From Pseudogymnoascus verrucosus (taxonomy: Eukaryota), in the NCBI GenBank assembly GCA_001662655.1, contig KV460227.1: a stretch of 64,000 nt of DNA. One strand, 5' to 3'. The notes under the pieces are model-generated. The model worked only from the letters and a program-made list of their open reading frames with translations, was not told the DNA's origin and ran no database searches. The translations under genes and the position numbers were made by a program. Below are positions 11,873 to 24,100 of the stretch, in pieces; position 1 is the stretch's first letter; each line of letters opens with the position of its first letter.

Positions 11873-14800
11873 TCACGCCCTCCCCTTACTCTTCCCCTTC
11901 GCGCTCGAAGGACTCTCCCCCACCCTCCCCAACCTCGCCAAAAACTCCTCCCCCCTACTCCCCCACCACTCCTTCAACCTCGCCACATACTCCTCCTCGC
12001 CCTCTCCAATCTCCACCGGCGGCCCCCGACACTCCGTCACGCGCTCCCGCTTAAACACAGCCCAGCTGCTACTATCCTCACTGCGAAGCGCAAACCCTTT
12101 ATCCTTCTCCGCCTTGACGGAGAAATTGCGTAGCAGGACGCCGTCCCCGACCTCGACGTCGGGGAGAGCCTCCTTGTAGGGCCGGAAGACTTGGATCTCT
12201 ACGACGCCGGTGGGTGCGATGGAGGGGTCCGTGATGTTGAAGCGGAGGTGGTAGTGTCGCGGGCCGTGTTTCGCGCGCTGGGCTTCAGGAGGGGCGGTGG
12301 TGGCGATGGCGAGGACGTCGAGGCGTTTGCCTAGGTTGTGGCGAAGTACTTTGAGGGGTGTGAAGTCGCTGAGGTTGGTTCGGAGGGCTTTTGTGAGGCT
12401 GGCGCGGAGGGCGGTTTCAGAAAGAGGCTGCGTGGGGGGTTTTTGAGGGGTGGTGGGCAGCTGTCTGGAGGGAGGTATGACGTCTTTGGTGGCGGTTGGT
12501 AGGCTGGCGGCGGCGACTTTAGGCGTTGCTGGGGCCTCGGCGCGATCTTGAGATCGGGTGATGCGCGTGCCGGTGGGTGATGTTGATGGTTTTGATCGAA
12601 GGTTGTGTTTTGGAGTCTGTGGTGATGGCTGCGACTTTTCTGAGGGGCTGAGAGCCTTCGATGCAGGATGAGTATCGCGGTCCTTCCGTGTGCTCGGTGC
12701 GCCCGTCACCAACGACGGGGATCGATCTGTTCGCGTACTTACGGGAGAAGTGGCTGACCGGAGGCTCATCTTCTTATCCGTCGTTGGCGTGGCTGGAGGC
12801 TGGAGAGTTTCCGTTGTCGCCTTCGCTGATCTGGTGACTCGTTTCGTGACTTCGACGAGCTTCTCCTTTATCGGTTCTGTGGCTTCGACGCTGTTCTGTA
12901 CGACTTCATCCGTCACGACGTTGTCAGTTGTGGCGTCGTTTTGTGGTTGCTTTTCGGTCGAGGTCGTGAATGATGCATCTTGTGGAATCGTGGAAGATAC
13001 TTGAGTGGCATCCGGTGTCATCAATTGCGCGTTTATTAGTTCAATATCGTCATCGGCATCTTCTTCTTGTTGGGGCTCATCAGGCAACGTCTTTTGCGTT
13101 TCGATAGCACTGCTTTCGTCCCGAGGCAAAGAGGGGTAAGTTACTTCGGCAAGTGAAGCACCCTCTCTGACATCCGCTGGAGACGCGTTTTTTTGTCCAA
13201 GTCCCTCCTCAAGCTGTTCCTCCTCGAGTTGTTCCTCCTGGAGGTTCTCATCCTCAAGTTGCTCATCCTCAAGTTGCTTAGCCTGAAGCTGTTCATCCAG
13301 ACTTGCTCGAACGTTAGCGACTTCAGGTTCTTGAGCTTCCTGGTCAAGTTCCATCTCGACTGGCTGTTGCTGTGCAGTCATGTCTTCGGTGACTTCTTCT
13401 TCGGCTGCCTCGACTCGGATTTCTTCAGCCGGGGGAGAAGTAGGCGTTTTCTCTTTCGTAGCCCTCGACTCTGTAGGTACATCGTTTGCACCATCCATGA
13501 AGCGCTGTTCGACAAGACCTCCTTCCATGGTGTCATCTTCGTCTTCATAGCCGCCCACCTCCTCCACCATTGACAAGTTTGCGTTGTCAGGGTTAGGAGG
13601 GAGAGTAACAGCGGGCACATCTTGCATCTCTATCTCGTTCTGCATTTCTGTGGCCTGTGGAGTACCAGGCTGCCATACTTCTGTAGCGCTTGGTTCTTCT
13701 CCTTCTAACTCTGGGCCCTCAGAGCCTTCAGACTCCTCAGATTCCTCGCTTTCTTCATCGCCTGGATGTCCGATGGCCATTTCTTCTTCCTCCGACTCTT
13801 CCTCGAAGTCTGCTTCTGCATCTTCGCCGGATTCCTCGTCTTCCATTACATTATCTTGTACATTGTCCTCTACATCCGCAAAAGATGAATCTTTATGAAC
13901 AAGCGGCGGCTTGGGCGAAGGCTTCGGCTGTTCCTCCTCATCATCCGATGATAGAAGATCTATAAATACTGGCTCAGACTTCGCTGCGGGTTGCTGATGT
14001 TGCTGATGAACAGGTCCTAAATCCTCTTCGCTCATCTCTTCGTCTTCGTAGCGCCCTTCGCCATCTTCATCAAAGTGATCACCTTCTTCGAATTCTTCGC
14101 CTTCCTCCGCATATAGAGCTTCTTCTGCACTATCCATCTCGCTACCCTCGTCATCGTCTGAGAACTCTTGTTCTTCGGATGGATGAGCTTCCTCGTCGAG
14201 CTCGCTTTCGCCTTCCTCATTACTGTATCTCTGCTCCGCGGCCACACCTCCTTGCTCGCCGGGAAATTGTTGCTGGCGATAATACTGCTCGGGGTCTTGC
14301 CTAGGCCTTATTTCGATTTCCTCACCAGACTCATCTCGTTCTATTTCTTCATCAGAGCCGATTTGACGGTGGTCCAATTCTTCGTCACCTTCGTCACTTT
14401 CTTCTTCGCTTTCTTCTTCATCTTCTTCGCCTTCGTTGGTCACGACTACATGACCGAGTTCATCTAAACGGTATTTCGGTGTGCTGGGTTGGCTATATCG
14501 TGGTGCAGATGCCTCTCTGCTCGCGGCATTGGGTACCTCGAAGGTGCTGGGAGCATTTTCCCCAGGGACGTGAGTCAAAGACTCCCATGCCGGTTGGGCA
14601 GGTGTTTCCATGGAAACATCTGGCAGTTCTGGATAGAAAGACTGGGCGGCTTGGGCAAATTGCGAGGCGGTAGAATCTCTAGCTTCTTCAAGGGCCTCGT
14701 TCGGGTGTTCGTTATAAAGATCATCCGTCTCGAGGGGAAGGCCATGGTGTAGTAGTATTGGCTGATCCGGCGGATATGGCGCTTGAAAGAGTCCATTCCT

Positions 14801-16035
14801 TTCATCTTCTTGATAGTTTCCAAACATGGGTGCTGTAGGTGGAGCCTGTGGGCTGTGAGACCTAGGTTGTTCAAAGGGTGGACTAGGCCTCAGATTCATG
14901 TCGGGCACAGATCCATTCGAGAATCCCATATCCCGGAATATTGACTCCGGCCATTGTGCGGTGACTCCATTTGGCTCCATTGATTGTGAAGCTGGCTGTG
15001 CCTGCCCAGCCGGGAAGGCGTCAAACGGTGGGATCGGTGGTCTGCCTTGGTCCTCTGCAAATTCCATCCGTGTGTCTTGTAGAGCTGTAGGTACCGGCGG
15101 TCTTGCCTCTCTGCCCGCAGCTTGAGATTGTCTAAAAAACTCCTGCATCTCTTCGCTGTATTCTAGGCCGTCTGTCTGACAGCCTTCGTCCGTCATTGTA
15201 GGCTTCACCTTTTCTGGGACCGGTTCCTGCACAGCTGGCTCTCCGACCTCGACCTCCTCTTCTGGACTTGGAGAACGGCTGATATATCTCCAATCCCCTG
15301 ACTTTCGGCCAAACCTCGACCGTTTTCTGCCCTTTCCTGGGATAGAGCCATCATCTTCTATGAATGCCTCAAAATCCTTCCCAATGAACGACCCATAGGA
15401 TAGCCGAGCGCGCTTTATGAATGCCGGTGATGACCACTCGCCAGTCTCCTCCGCAAGTAGCTGATCATGACGTGCTGTTGGAATTGGGCTTCCTGGGGGC
15501 GACGGGTTTTCAAGTGGCGTCTCGATTTCAGCGACTCGGTCTGGTTCGGGCTCTTCTGGGGGATTGTCGAGGTTAAGCAGGGCAATATTTCCGCTTTCGC
15601 ACTTTCGAATCTGAGAAGTCACCGCGATTAGTATGGGGTTATGTTTGGTGGTAGCATCCATCTTACCTGAAGCACCAGCCGCTCCGCAAACTTCAGCTCC
15701 CACTCGATGCCCCTACCAGCCATTTGCGCAGCACTCGCACTCTCAGGTATCCACTCAGCCCCATTCAAGCTGACGACCAACTCATCTCCGCTCCCTATCC
15801 CCGCATCAAAAACATGCTTCGCGCACGATCCCGCGAACCTGACCTTGACTTGGCCTCTACTTTGGCGCAAACGAAAGTCCGGTTCGGCCAGAAGCACGGA
15901 AAGCGTCTTATTCGAGGAGCTGTAGGGCCATATGAGCGTTACTACTGCTTTGAAGTAGCAGGACTGGAGGTTTTGAAGGGTGGGGTCGAGCTTGGCGATT
16001 GCGACCTGCTCAGTCGCGTCGGCGTGGCCGTCCAT
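11873..16035 (-). CDS. POT1/Cdc13-like (Telo_bind) OB-fold protein with an extra N-terminal OB-like domain and a very long acidic linker
   Basis: N-terminal FKAVVTLIWPYSSS..GQVKVRFAG. Intron about 15666-15611 (GTAAGA..CAG). C-terminal LDVLAI..YHLRFNITDPS..IQVFRPYKEALPDVEVGDGVLLRNF matches the POT1 OB1 pattern. Confidence 0.82.
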
Positions 16036-16520
16036 GGCGCCTCAAGGTATCTGTCAGTACGAGGTTCCTTGGTGTCTTTTGTACCATCGCTGCTTTACGG
16101 AAGCTGTGGCATAGCTTTTCGAGTAGTTCCGAGGGCGTAATTAATTCGTAAGATGGCGCTGTGGCGAGTAGTTGTCTTGTATGGAGAAAAGAGCTGATAC
16201 CCGCCAGGACCGTAGGACCGTGATGGAGATGTATTGACGCTAGGCGGTGTGGGCAGTTCTGGCAGAATATGACATGGTAGTATGGAACTGAACATCACGA
16301 AAAATCTCGCCATAGTCAGTCACCAGCTACTTCAATTTAATCGTAAAGATCTCTTTTATAACGAATGCCGACTTATCGTACAATTATATCCCATTCTTTA
16401 TTTACATCGTCATACCTTCCTTGTCTATTCCCGTTACATGGCCATCGCACTTGCCCTATTAGGTCCTGCACCAGTTGCACTTACATAGTCCCGGATAACT
16501 CGTACCTTCCAATTCAAAAC

Positions 16521-16621
16521 GGGCGCTTGGTCTAGGGGTATGATTTCCCCTTCGCATAGCATGTGATTCAACACATAATATCAACTGGGGAAGGTCGTGG
16601 GTTCAATTCCCACAGTGTCCA
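16521..16621 (+). tRNA. tRNA-Ala(CGC) with a 29-nt intron (16557-16585)
   Basis: Acceptor stem GGGCGCT/AGTGTCC+A with the G3:U70 Ala identity pair. Anticodon arm TCCCC-TT-CGC-A-[intron]-T-GGGGA. T-arm GTGGG-TTCAATT-CCCAC. Oligo-T follows. Confidence 0.93.
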
Positions 16622-16625
16622 ATTC

Positions 16626-16697
16626 TTTTTGCTATTCTTTTTGCTATTTTTTTTGTTGCTATTTTTTGCTATTTTTTGCTATTTTCGCTTATTTTTG
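16626..16697 (+). repeat. T-rich TTTTGCTA-type tandem repeat acting as Pol III terminator region
   Basis: About 5 copies of TTTTGCTA(T/TT) immediately 3' of the tRNA. Confidence 0.7.
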
Positions 16698-17513
16698 TCA
16701 ACTCTACGTAACTGGCCCTGGTGTTACAAGGAAGTAAAGGGGTGTAGCGTACACTGCCATAATGATTACCACAACTGTGGTAATTTATCAGGTCTAGCTA
16801 CTCGTACGGAGATAGCTTTAGTTGAGAGGCCACAAGTTTAGAGGCCACTAAGGAAGCGAGCAAGAGCAGACACTGTTGGTAATAGTATATAGATTCTTAA
16901 TTACAACTTTACTACAGTATTACTACTATTTGTGGTTGGGCCGGCCCGCTCGCGCGGAGGATCATATTCGTGGTTGGGCCGGATCATTTATTAGCTGTGG
17001 ATCTATTTCTCGGATCTGTCTATGAGGGCGGGCGGCTAAACTCCTCGTAACTTAGCATCCTTGGCGTAGCTTGCCAAGGACTCGAATACTATTCGAGTCC
17101 TTAACAAATACTCGCTGAATACCTCAATTATGGCCCGAATACTGCTCATCGGGGGATACTATCCGAAAAGCACAAATACTAATACTATTTTGGTGAACAG
17201 CGCATATTTCTAATAATAGGATAATTTCGTTAATATGGGATACTTTAGCCTCAACTCGCTGGGCAAGGAACGCGCGGTCCCCGTTACTCTGGAAGAAGCC
17301 ATCATGGGTTAGTTATCACATCTAAAGCGGCGGAAGGATCACCGCTATACAACGAAGAAAGCTAATACAATTAGAAATTCTATAACACGACCTAATGGCC
17401 CTTGTCAACATGTGTGGCACACCTAGAAACCTACAAGCCTATATATATCCCCAATGCAACTCCACGCATCCTAAACCCCCAAGACACCACCACCCCACCA
17501 CCACCCACACACC

Positions 17514-19206
17514 ATGAAGCCCACCGCCCTCCTACTCCTCGGCCTCCTCGCTGCCGCCACCAAAACAGCTACAAGCCTCGCCAATTCCACCTCCCTAGCA
17601 TCCTGCCTCTCCGACGCCATCGTCCCCTTCATCACCCCCTCCTCAGACGACTGGCCCCTCCTCTCCACCTCCTTCAACACCCGCCTCCCCTACACGCCCC
17701 TAACCATCGTCATCCCGCGGAGTACCTCGCACATCATCGGCGCGGTCCGCTGCGGCGTCGCGGCCGGCGTGAAGGTAACCCCCAAAGCCGGAGGGCACTC
17801 GTACGCCGCGCTTGGTCTGGGGGGGGAGGATGGCCACATGGTGGTGGAGATGGAGCATATGACTGCTGTGAGTCTGGACCCGGAGACGGGGATTGCGACC
17901 GTGCAGCCAGGGGCGAGATTAGGGGATATAGCGATTGAGATTTTTAGGAAGGGGGCGAGGGCGTTTTCGCATGGGACGTGTTTGGGGTGAGTTTCCCAAT
18001 CCCCCACTCTGGATGACGGAGCTGTGTGAATAAGCTTTACTTCCGCATACGAACGTACAGGGCTGACCTACCTAACTAAAAGTGTCGGCATAGCAGGCCA
18101 CGCCCTCCACGGTGGCTACGGTATGTCCTCGCGCGAGCACGGCCTGGCACTAGACTGGGTAGACGGTCTCACCGTGGTCCTCGCTAACGGGACCGCGGTG
18201 GACTGCTCGGCGAGCGAGCACCCTGACCTATTCTTTGCGATGCTCGGCGCCGGCTCTGGGTTCGGTATCGCCTCCGAACTCCGCTTCCGGACCTTCGCGG
18301 CGCCAGAGACTGTGACATGGTTCTCTGCCACGCTGCCGTGGAATAGGACGACCGCTATGGCGGGGCTTGAGGCATTAGAGACGTACACGAGAGGTGTGAT
18401 GCCGAAGGAGCTAAACATGCGACTCACGGGGTCGGCGTATTCGATGTCACTAGAGGGGGTGTACTACGGTGATCGAGCGGGGTTAGATGATGCGCTCGCG
18501 CCGTTGCTAGAGAAGACGGGGGGGGAGGTGGTGACGGCGGGGACGACGGGGTGGATTGGGGGGTTGGAGCATTATTCGGAGACGGGGATGGGGTTGAATG
18601 TTTTGTATCCTTATGATGCTGTAAGTTTCTCCTATCTTCTCTTCTCTTGATATGGAGCTGTGCAGTGCAGTGCAGTAGGAGTAGTACGGGGCTGATACTA
18701 GGCAGCACGATGAATTCTACTCAAAGAGCCTCGAACTACAAGGTCTGAACGGCACATCGGCCCAGAATTTCGTGGACTACGGGTTCGACGTCGCCCCCAC
18801 CATAAACCGGATGTGGTGGTTCCAACTCGACCTCCAAGGCGGCTCGAGCTCCGGGATTTGGGCGCGGAATGACGGCGTGACGTCCTACGCGCACCGTGAC
18901 AAACTATATATCATCCAGTTCTACGACCGCGTAATCAGCGGGAAGTACCCAACAGACGGGTTCGAGTTTCTCGACGGGTGGGTGAATGCAACGACGGCGC
19001 CGCTAGAGTGGGGGACGTGGGGGATGTATGTTAATTATGCGGATGCGAGGCTAGAGCGCGGGGAGGCGGAGGAGTTGTATTGGGGGGTGAATTTGCCGAG
19101 GCTGCAGGAGATTAAGGCGGAGGTTGATCCGGGGGAGGTGTTTTATAATCCGGTTTCGATTGAGCCGGCGAAGGAGCAGAAGTTGGGGGGGGGGTGCGGC
19201 TGTTAA
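17514..19206 (+). CDS. Secreted FAD-linked oxidoreductase, berberine-bridge-enzyme/AA7 (oligosaccharide oxidase-like)
   Basis: Signal peptide MKPTALLLLGLLAAAT. KAGGHSY and HGTCLGVGIAGHALHGGYG FAD-binding motifs. C-terminal BBE motif YVNYAD..YWGVNLPRLQEIKAEVDP. Exons about 17514-17986, 18083-18620, 18706-19206. Confidence 0.92.
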
Positions 19207-19751
19207 GTTTGCGAGCCCGTTTTAAGGGGTGAAGCGAGAGAGAGTAAACCCTTAAATCTAGTACGCTGCCGTGAACCCTTCTTTGCTAAAAGGGGTCCTC
19301 GCGATCAAATTGGCACTATTCAAACATATAACATAAACCTCATACACTGCGCGAGAGAGATTGAAACCCCCATGAGTCAAGTCTAGATGAGGTGCGGTGG
19401 GGTGTATGGAATTTCCATTCTTCTCCATATCTACTTAATACCTATATCCCCTTTCCACCTCCAACCGTGTCTCTAAACGGCTCCCACTATCCTCGGCTGC
19501 TCCCCCAGAATTCCGTGCGTGCATGCGTGTTATACGCAAGGCTTGTGGACAATACATGATATATCTCCCCCTCCCCTCCCGTCTCCCGCACCCAACTCTC
19601 CCCCCTCCCTCGCTCTCTCTCTCTTCCTCCCTCTCTCCTCATTCCCATTTTGTCTGCCCCCCCTGCGCCGTACAGAAAGTATGCACTCATTAATTGATGG
19701 GTAGGCACAGTTTGAGAGGGGGTGGGTTTTTGCTTTGGGCTCTGAGCTTAC

Positions 19752-20261
19752 ATTTGATAATGCCGTGTCTCCTTCGACTCTGTCGGTTTGCGGCGGCTCT
19801 AATGATTCCTTCCCCAATATACGCAAACATGTGTCAAAAACAGCATTTGACAGACCGGCCGCAGCGTCCACATCAATACGGGTAGTAAACGGAACCTCGT
19901 GAAAGGAATGCAAAAGGCGACTTGCTGTTTCTGCGGGATCTAAGCGACATCGTAAGACATTCCTTGTGGGAGCAGCACTTTCGACCATGAAGCACACATC
20001 CGCGGTACCAACGTAGGCACCAACAACAATGCTCCATGCGGCCTTGAATAGCGAGTCCGGGGGGACATTATTTGAGCCGCAGAAAGCCCTGACGAGTTTA
20101 TGGTCAAAGGCGTCATTGAGGACAACAACTTTGTTGACATTGAGAGATCGTTCCACCAGAAGGTCGCGTTTGTGTTCTTCGCTACTGCTACTGCAGCTAC
20201 TGCACACAAGACAGCTGTTCCAGCTCTGCCATGTGGGATCGATCTCAAAGCTGGATACCAT
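19752..20261 (-). pseudogene. Orphaned first exon of a non-ribosomal peptide synthetase (N-terminal partial condensation-like domain), remainder missing
   Basis: SLFKAAWSIVVGAYVGTADVCF resembles the AW..L..Y.G..DVCF segment of fungal NRPS condensation domains. GTAAGC donor at 19751, then low-complexity CT/GA sequence with no adenylation domain before the convergent oxidase gene. Confidence 0.6.
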
Positions 20262-20456
20262 TATTGCAGCCCGTGGTGGTCAAGGTCGTGTTTTGCAGCA
20301 CAGCACAACACAACACAGGTTTCCTAAAGTTAAGTTCCTATTTTAAAAACCTAATATAGACCAATTATGTATATACAGAAACAGGGTCCATCAGACAGTC
20401 AGCATGTAAATAATAATAAAATGCAACTGTATTTATGTTGTTATTTGTCATGTCCT

Positions 20457-20720
20457 TGTTACGGCTCACCCTACTATTAGCGCTAGACAAGGGATTAGCT
20501 AGGAAGCTATAGGTAGAAGGTCTACAACTATTAGTTAGGAGGAATAGAACTACGTGACCTAATCCTAAGGGGATCTAGGATCGTATAAGTATCACCTAGG
20601 GATCGTCTAGGTAGCAGACAGGATCTATTTTACACGACGCTACTATATAAGTAAGTAGTTAGTTCTTAGATAGGAGCTTCGTGCTCAACTTAATATAGTA
20701 TTTGTTATATCCTAGTAACG
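20457..20720. mobile_element. Possible degenerate solo LTR
   Basis: 264 bp bounded by TGTTAC...GTAACG (one mismatch from the TG..CA inverted end). Internal TATATAAG, and TpA/TAG-rich as expected after RIP. No clean target-site duplication. Confidence 0.4.
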
Positions 20721-21153
20721 TGTTTTACGAAAGCCTTTGTGTCTGATCCCCTGCCTCCTCTGTTAAGTAAACTACGCAACGAAACCTCTGTGATATCCTA
20801 GCCTTAGGACCTTAGCGTTATAGTCCTCCCTCCTTTAAATTTCGTGATGTGGTATGCACAGTATGCACAGTAAGGTACCTTATGCACAGCATGCACACTC
20901 ACCTGACGTGGGCTAATGAGAACAGACAACAGGGGCCAACGGCGAGCCTAATTAGGAAGCTTGCTAGGAGTACGTACTTCTAAGACATTAAGGTAATCAC
21001 TTTTATTTTTACTAACTATTCTATGGAATTACGACAAACCAGCTTTTGACTCTGTGTTTCTGTCGATTTTGCTATTCAATCTTTCGCTCTTTTGTTCTAT
21101 TCTCCTAGTCTTTCAATCCCTACTGATACAGCGAGACGCGTCTGAATCCCATA

Positions 21154-24100
21154 ATGGCTACTTTGCCACCGAGGACAGTCGAACCCGAAAAGACAGACCC
21201 TGGCATATCCGACGCTGTCAACCCTCATCCCGGAAATATCGCAGGAACAGACGAGAAGACTGCAACCGACGGCTACTCGCCGCAAACAATAACCACGGCC
21301 GAGCAGGCCTTCTTGGACGAACAACTACACTTTGACAATGTCAAGCTGTCTTTCATCGGTATCTACAGCTTTGCAACATGGAAGGACCTACTTCTAGTTC
21401 TCATAAGCGCCGTATGCGCCGTCATCGCAGGCGCGCTCATCCCCGTAACTCCAGTGCGTTGTAACTTACCTTTGTGTCCTTGAAATTTATTGCATAGCTA
21501 AGCTAACTCCGGTCGTCATCTAGGTTGTCAGCTCCCGCATTATTCTCGCCTTCGCCAGAGTTGAAGAGCAGGGCGGGGATATGAAGTCACTCATCGACCA
21601 GTTCACGCTTTACTACGTCTACATCATGGTGACCGCGCTGGTGACTTGGTTTGTCTCGACGGCCGGTTTGAACTATACAGGAGCAAGAATAGCACAGACA
21701 ATCAAAATGCGTTACTTTGCCGCCGTCCTCAGACAGAACATGGCCGTCTTTGACGACAAAGGCACTGGAGAGATGCTCTCCCAGCTTACAGATGACGCCG
21801 TGGCTATTCAGAATGCAATCTCTTCTAAGCTGGCTCAAACAATTAGCGCCATCGGTACTCTAGTTGGAACCATCGCAGTGTGCTTTGCTCTGGACTGGCT
21901 GTTGACATTCGAGCTGATTTGGTCTCTTATTTTGGGCTATGCAGTGCTCTACCTAGGAGGGAAGTTGACAGTCCGATACAGCAGCCGCAGCATCGAGGCG
22001 TCCTCTTCGGGCTCCGCTATAGTTGATGAGGCCTTGACCTCAATTAAGACCACCACGGCACTGGGAATGCAGAAGCACGTGCATAGTACATACATGAGCT
22101 TCTCGGCTAAGGCAGCTAGGAACGGGTTCATCCTAGGCTCTATGAACGCATGCATGCTCGCTGTTTGTGTTGCCAGTGGCTATTTCAACGTCGCTTTGGT
22201 GTTTTGGCAAGGATCCAGACGCTTGACTGAAGGCAGGACCCCCTTCACAGCCGTTGTCGCCATTGCTATGGTTACCAAAGCAGCGGCATTCTGTGTCTTG
22301 GGCGTCGGTTCAAACATGGAAGCTTTTGCTATGGCTGTGGCGGGGGCTCGCCGTCTCTCGCGTACGACCCGCCGCGTGCCACCCATCGACTCGTCCTCGG
22401 AGCAGGGACATACTCCTGAACAGTTCGACAGTACAATAGAGCTACGGAATGTGAGACACATCTACCCATGCCGTCCGAATATCATCGTCCTAGACAATGT
22501 AAGCATCTCATTTCCCACAGGAAAGAGGACAGCCATCGTGGGGCATTCCGGGTCAGGCAAAAGCTCCATAGCAAACATGATATTAAGATTCTATGACCCT
22601 CTGAGCGGGAACATTCTTCTGGATGGTCAGGACCTATCTTCCTACCAACTTCGCTGGCTCCGACAACAAATCGCCGTGGTGAAGCAGGAATCTTTCATGT
22701 TCAACAAGTCTGTATATGAGAATATTGAACTTGGCTTTACCGGCCCCCGATGGACTACTATTTCTCCAGCTGAGAAACGCAAGGCCGTGGAAGAGGCTGC
22801 ACAGACGGCACAAGCAGCCGACTTCATTGCCAAACTCCCTCAAGGTTTCGACACTATTGTAGGAACACGAGGCTCGAGGCTCTCTGGCGGACAACTGCAG
22901 CGAATCGCCATCGCCAGGGCTCTTGTTAATGACCCCCGTATCCTTATCTTGGACGAAGCAACATCGGCATTGGATAGTGAAACAGAAGCTAGGTTACTGT
23001 CTGCCATGGCTGGTAAACTCCATCAGCCCACTACCATCATTATTGCCCATCGTCTCTCCACGACCCGCGATTGCGATAATATTGTTGTTCTTAATGCTGG
23101 ACGTGTAGTCGAGAGCGGCACGCACGATGACCTCATGGCTGCGCAATCATCCTACTACGACCTCGTCAAAGCTCAGGATACAGATTACGACGAGCATGCG
23201 CCTGCGGATGAAGTCTCTGACGAGAAAAGAGAGCCGGCAGCATTCGCCAGTCTTGACCTGGAGAAGGACCAAGGGGAACAACCTGGCCAAACAAGTGTAT
23301 CTGCCGACATTGAGTCGCAGAGTGACACCATGTCATCGTCTTTATCCTCTATGATCAAGTTTATTTTCAAACTTAACAAAGGCGAATGGCACTGGCTATT
23401 AATTGGGCTAATTTGCTGTATTATCGCAGGAGGTGAAGAGCCAGCCTCAGCTGTACTCTTCGGTAAAGCAATTACGGCCATCGCCCGACCAGTAGAGAGT
23501 CAGGCTGACAGCATTCGCTCCGATGCAGCCTTTTACTCATGGATGTTCTTTACGCTTGCCCTCGTCATGCTCATCAGCTGTGCCGCCCAGGGTATTGCCT
23601 TTGCCTTTAGCTCTGAACATCTTATCAAGCGAGTACGCAGCCTAGCCCTACAGCAATATCTCAGGATGGACATTTCCTTCTTCGACAAGAAGGAAAATTC
23701 AGCTGCTGCCCTCTCGGGCTTTCTGTCAGGCTCAACCAGCGACCTTACTGGTCTCAGTGGTAGCGCACTTGGCATTGTCCTCATATGTCTCTCGACATTG
23801 ATCTCTGGTATCGTCGTCTCACTTGCACTGGGATGGAAGCTAGCACTTGTTTGCCTTTCTGTTGTGCCACTCATGATTGGTGGTGGATACTATGGCGTCT
23901 TGCTTGTGGGAGAGTTCGCCGAAAAGAACGAGATATTCGCGAACGAGGCGGCCGAGTTTGCAGGCGAGACGCTCCATGGCATCCAGACCATCGCCGCCCT
24001 AACAAGAGAGCAGACGGCTCTGAGCCAGTTTCACGATACGCTTCGTGCCAGCGAGGGTAAAGCGTTTACAGCAAATCTGCAAGCATCTTTGATGTATGCC

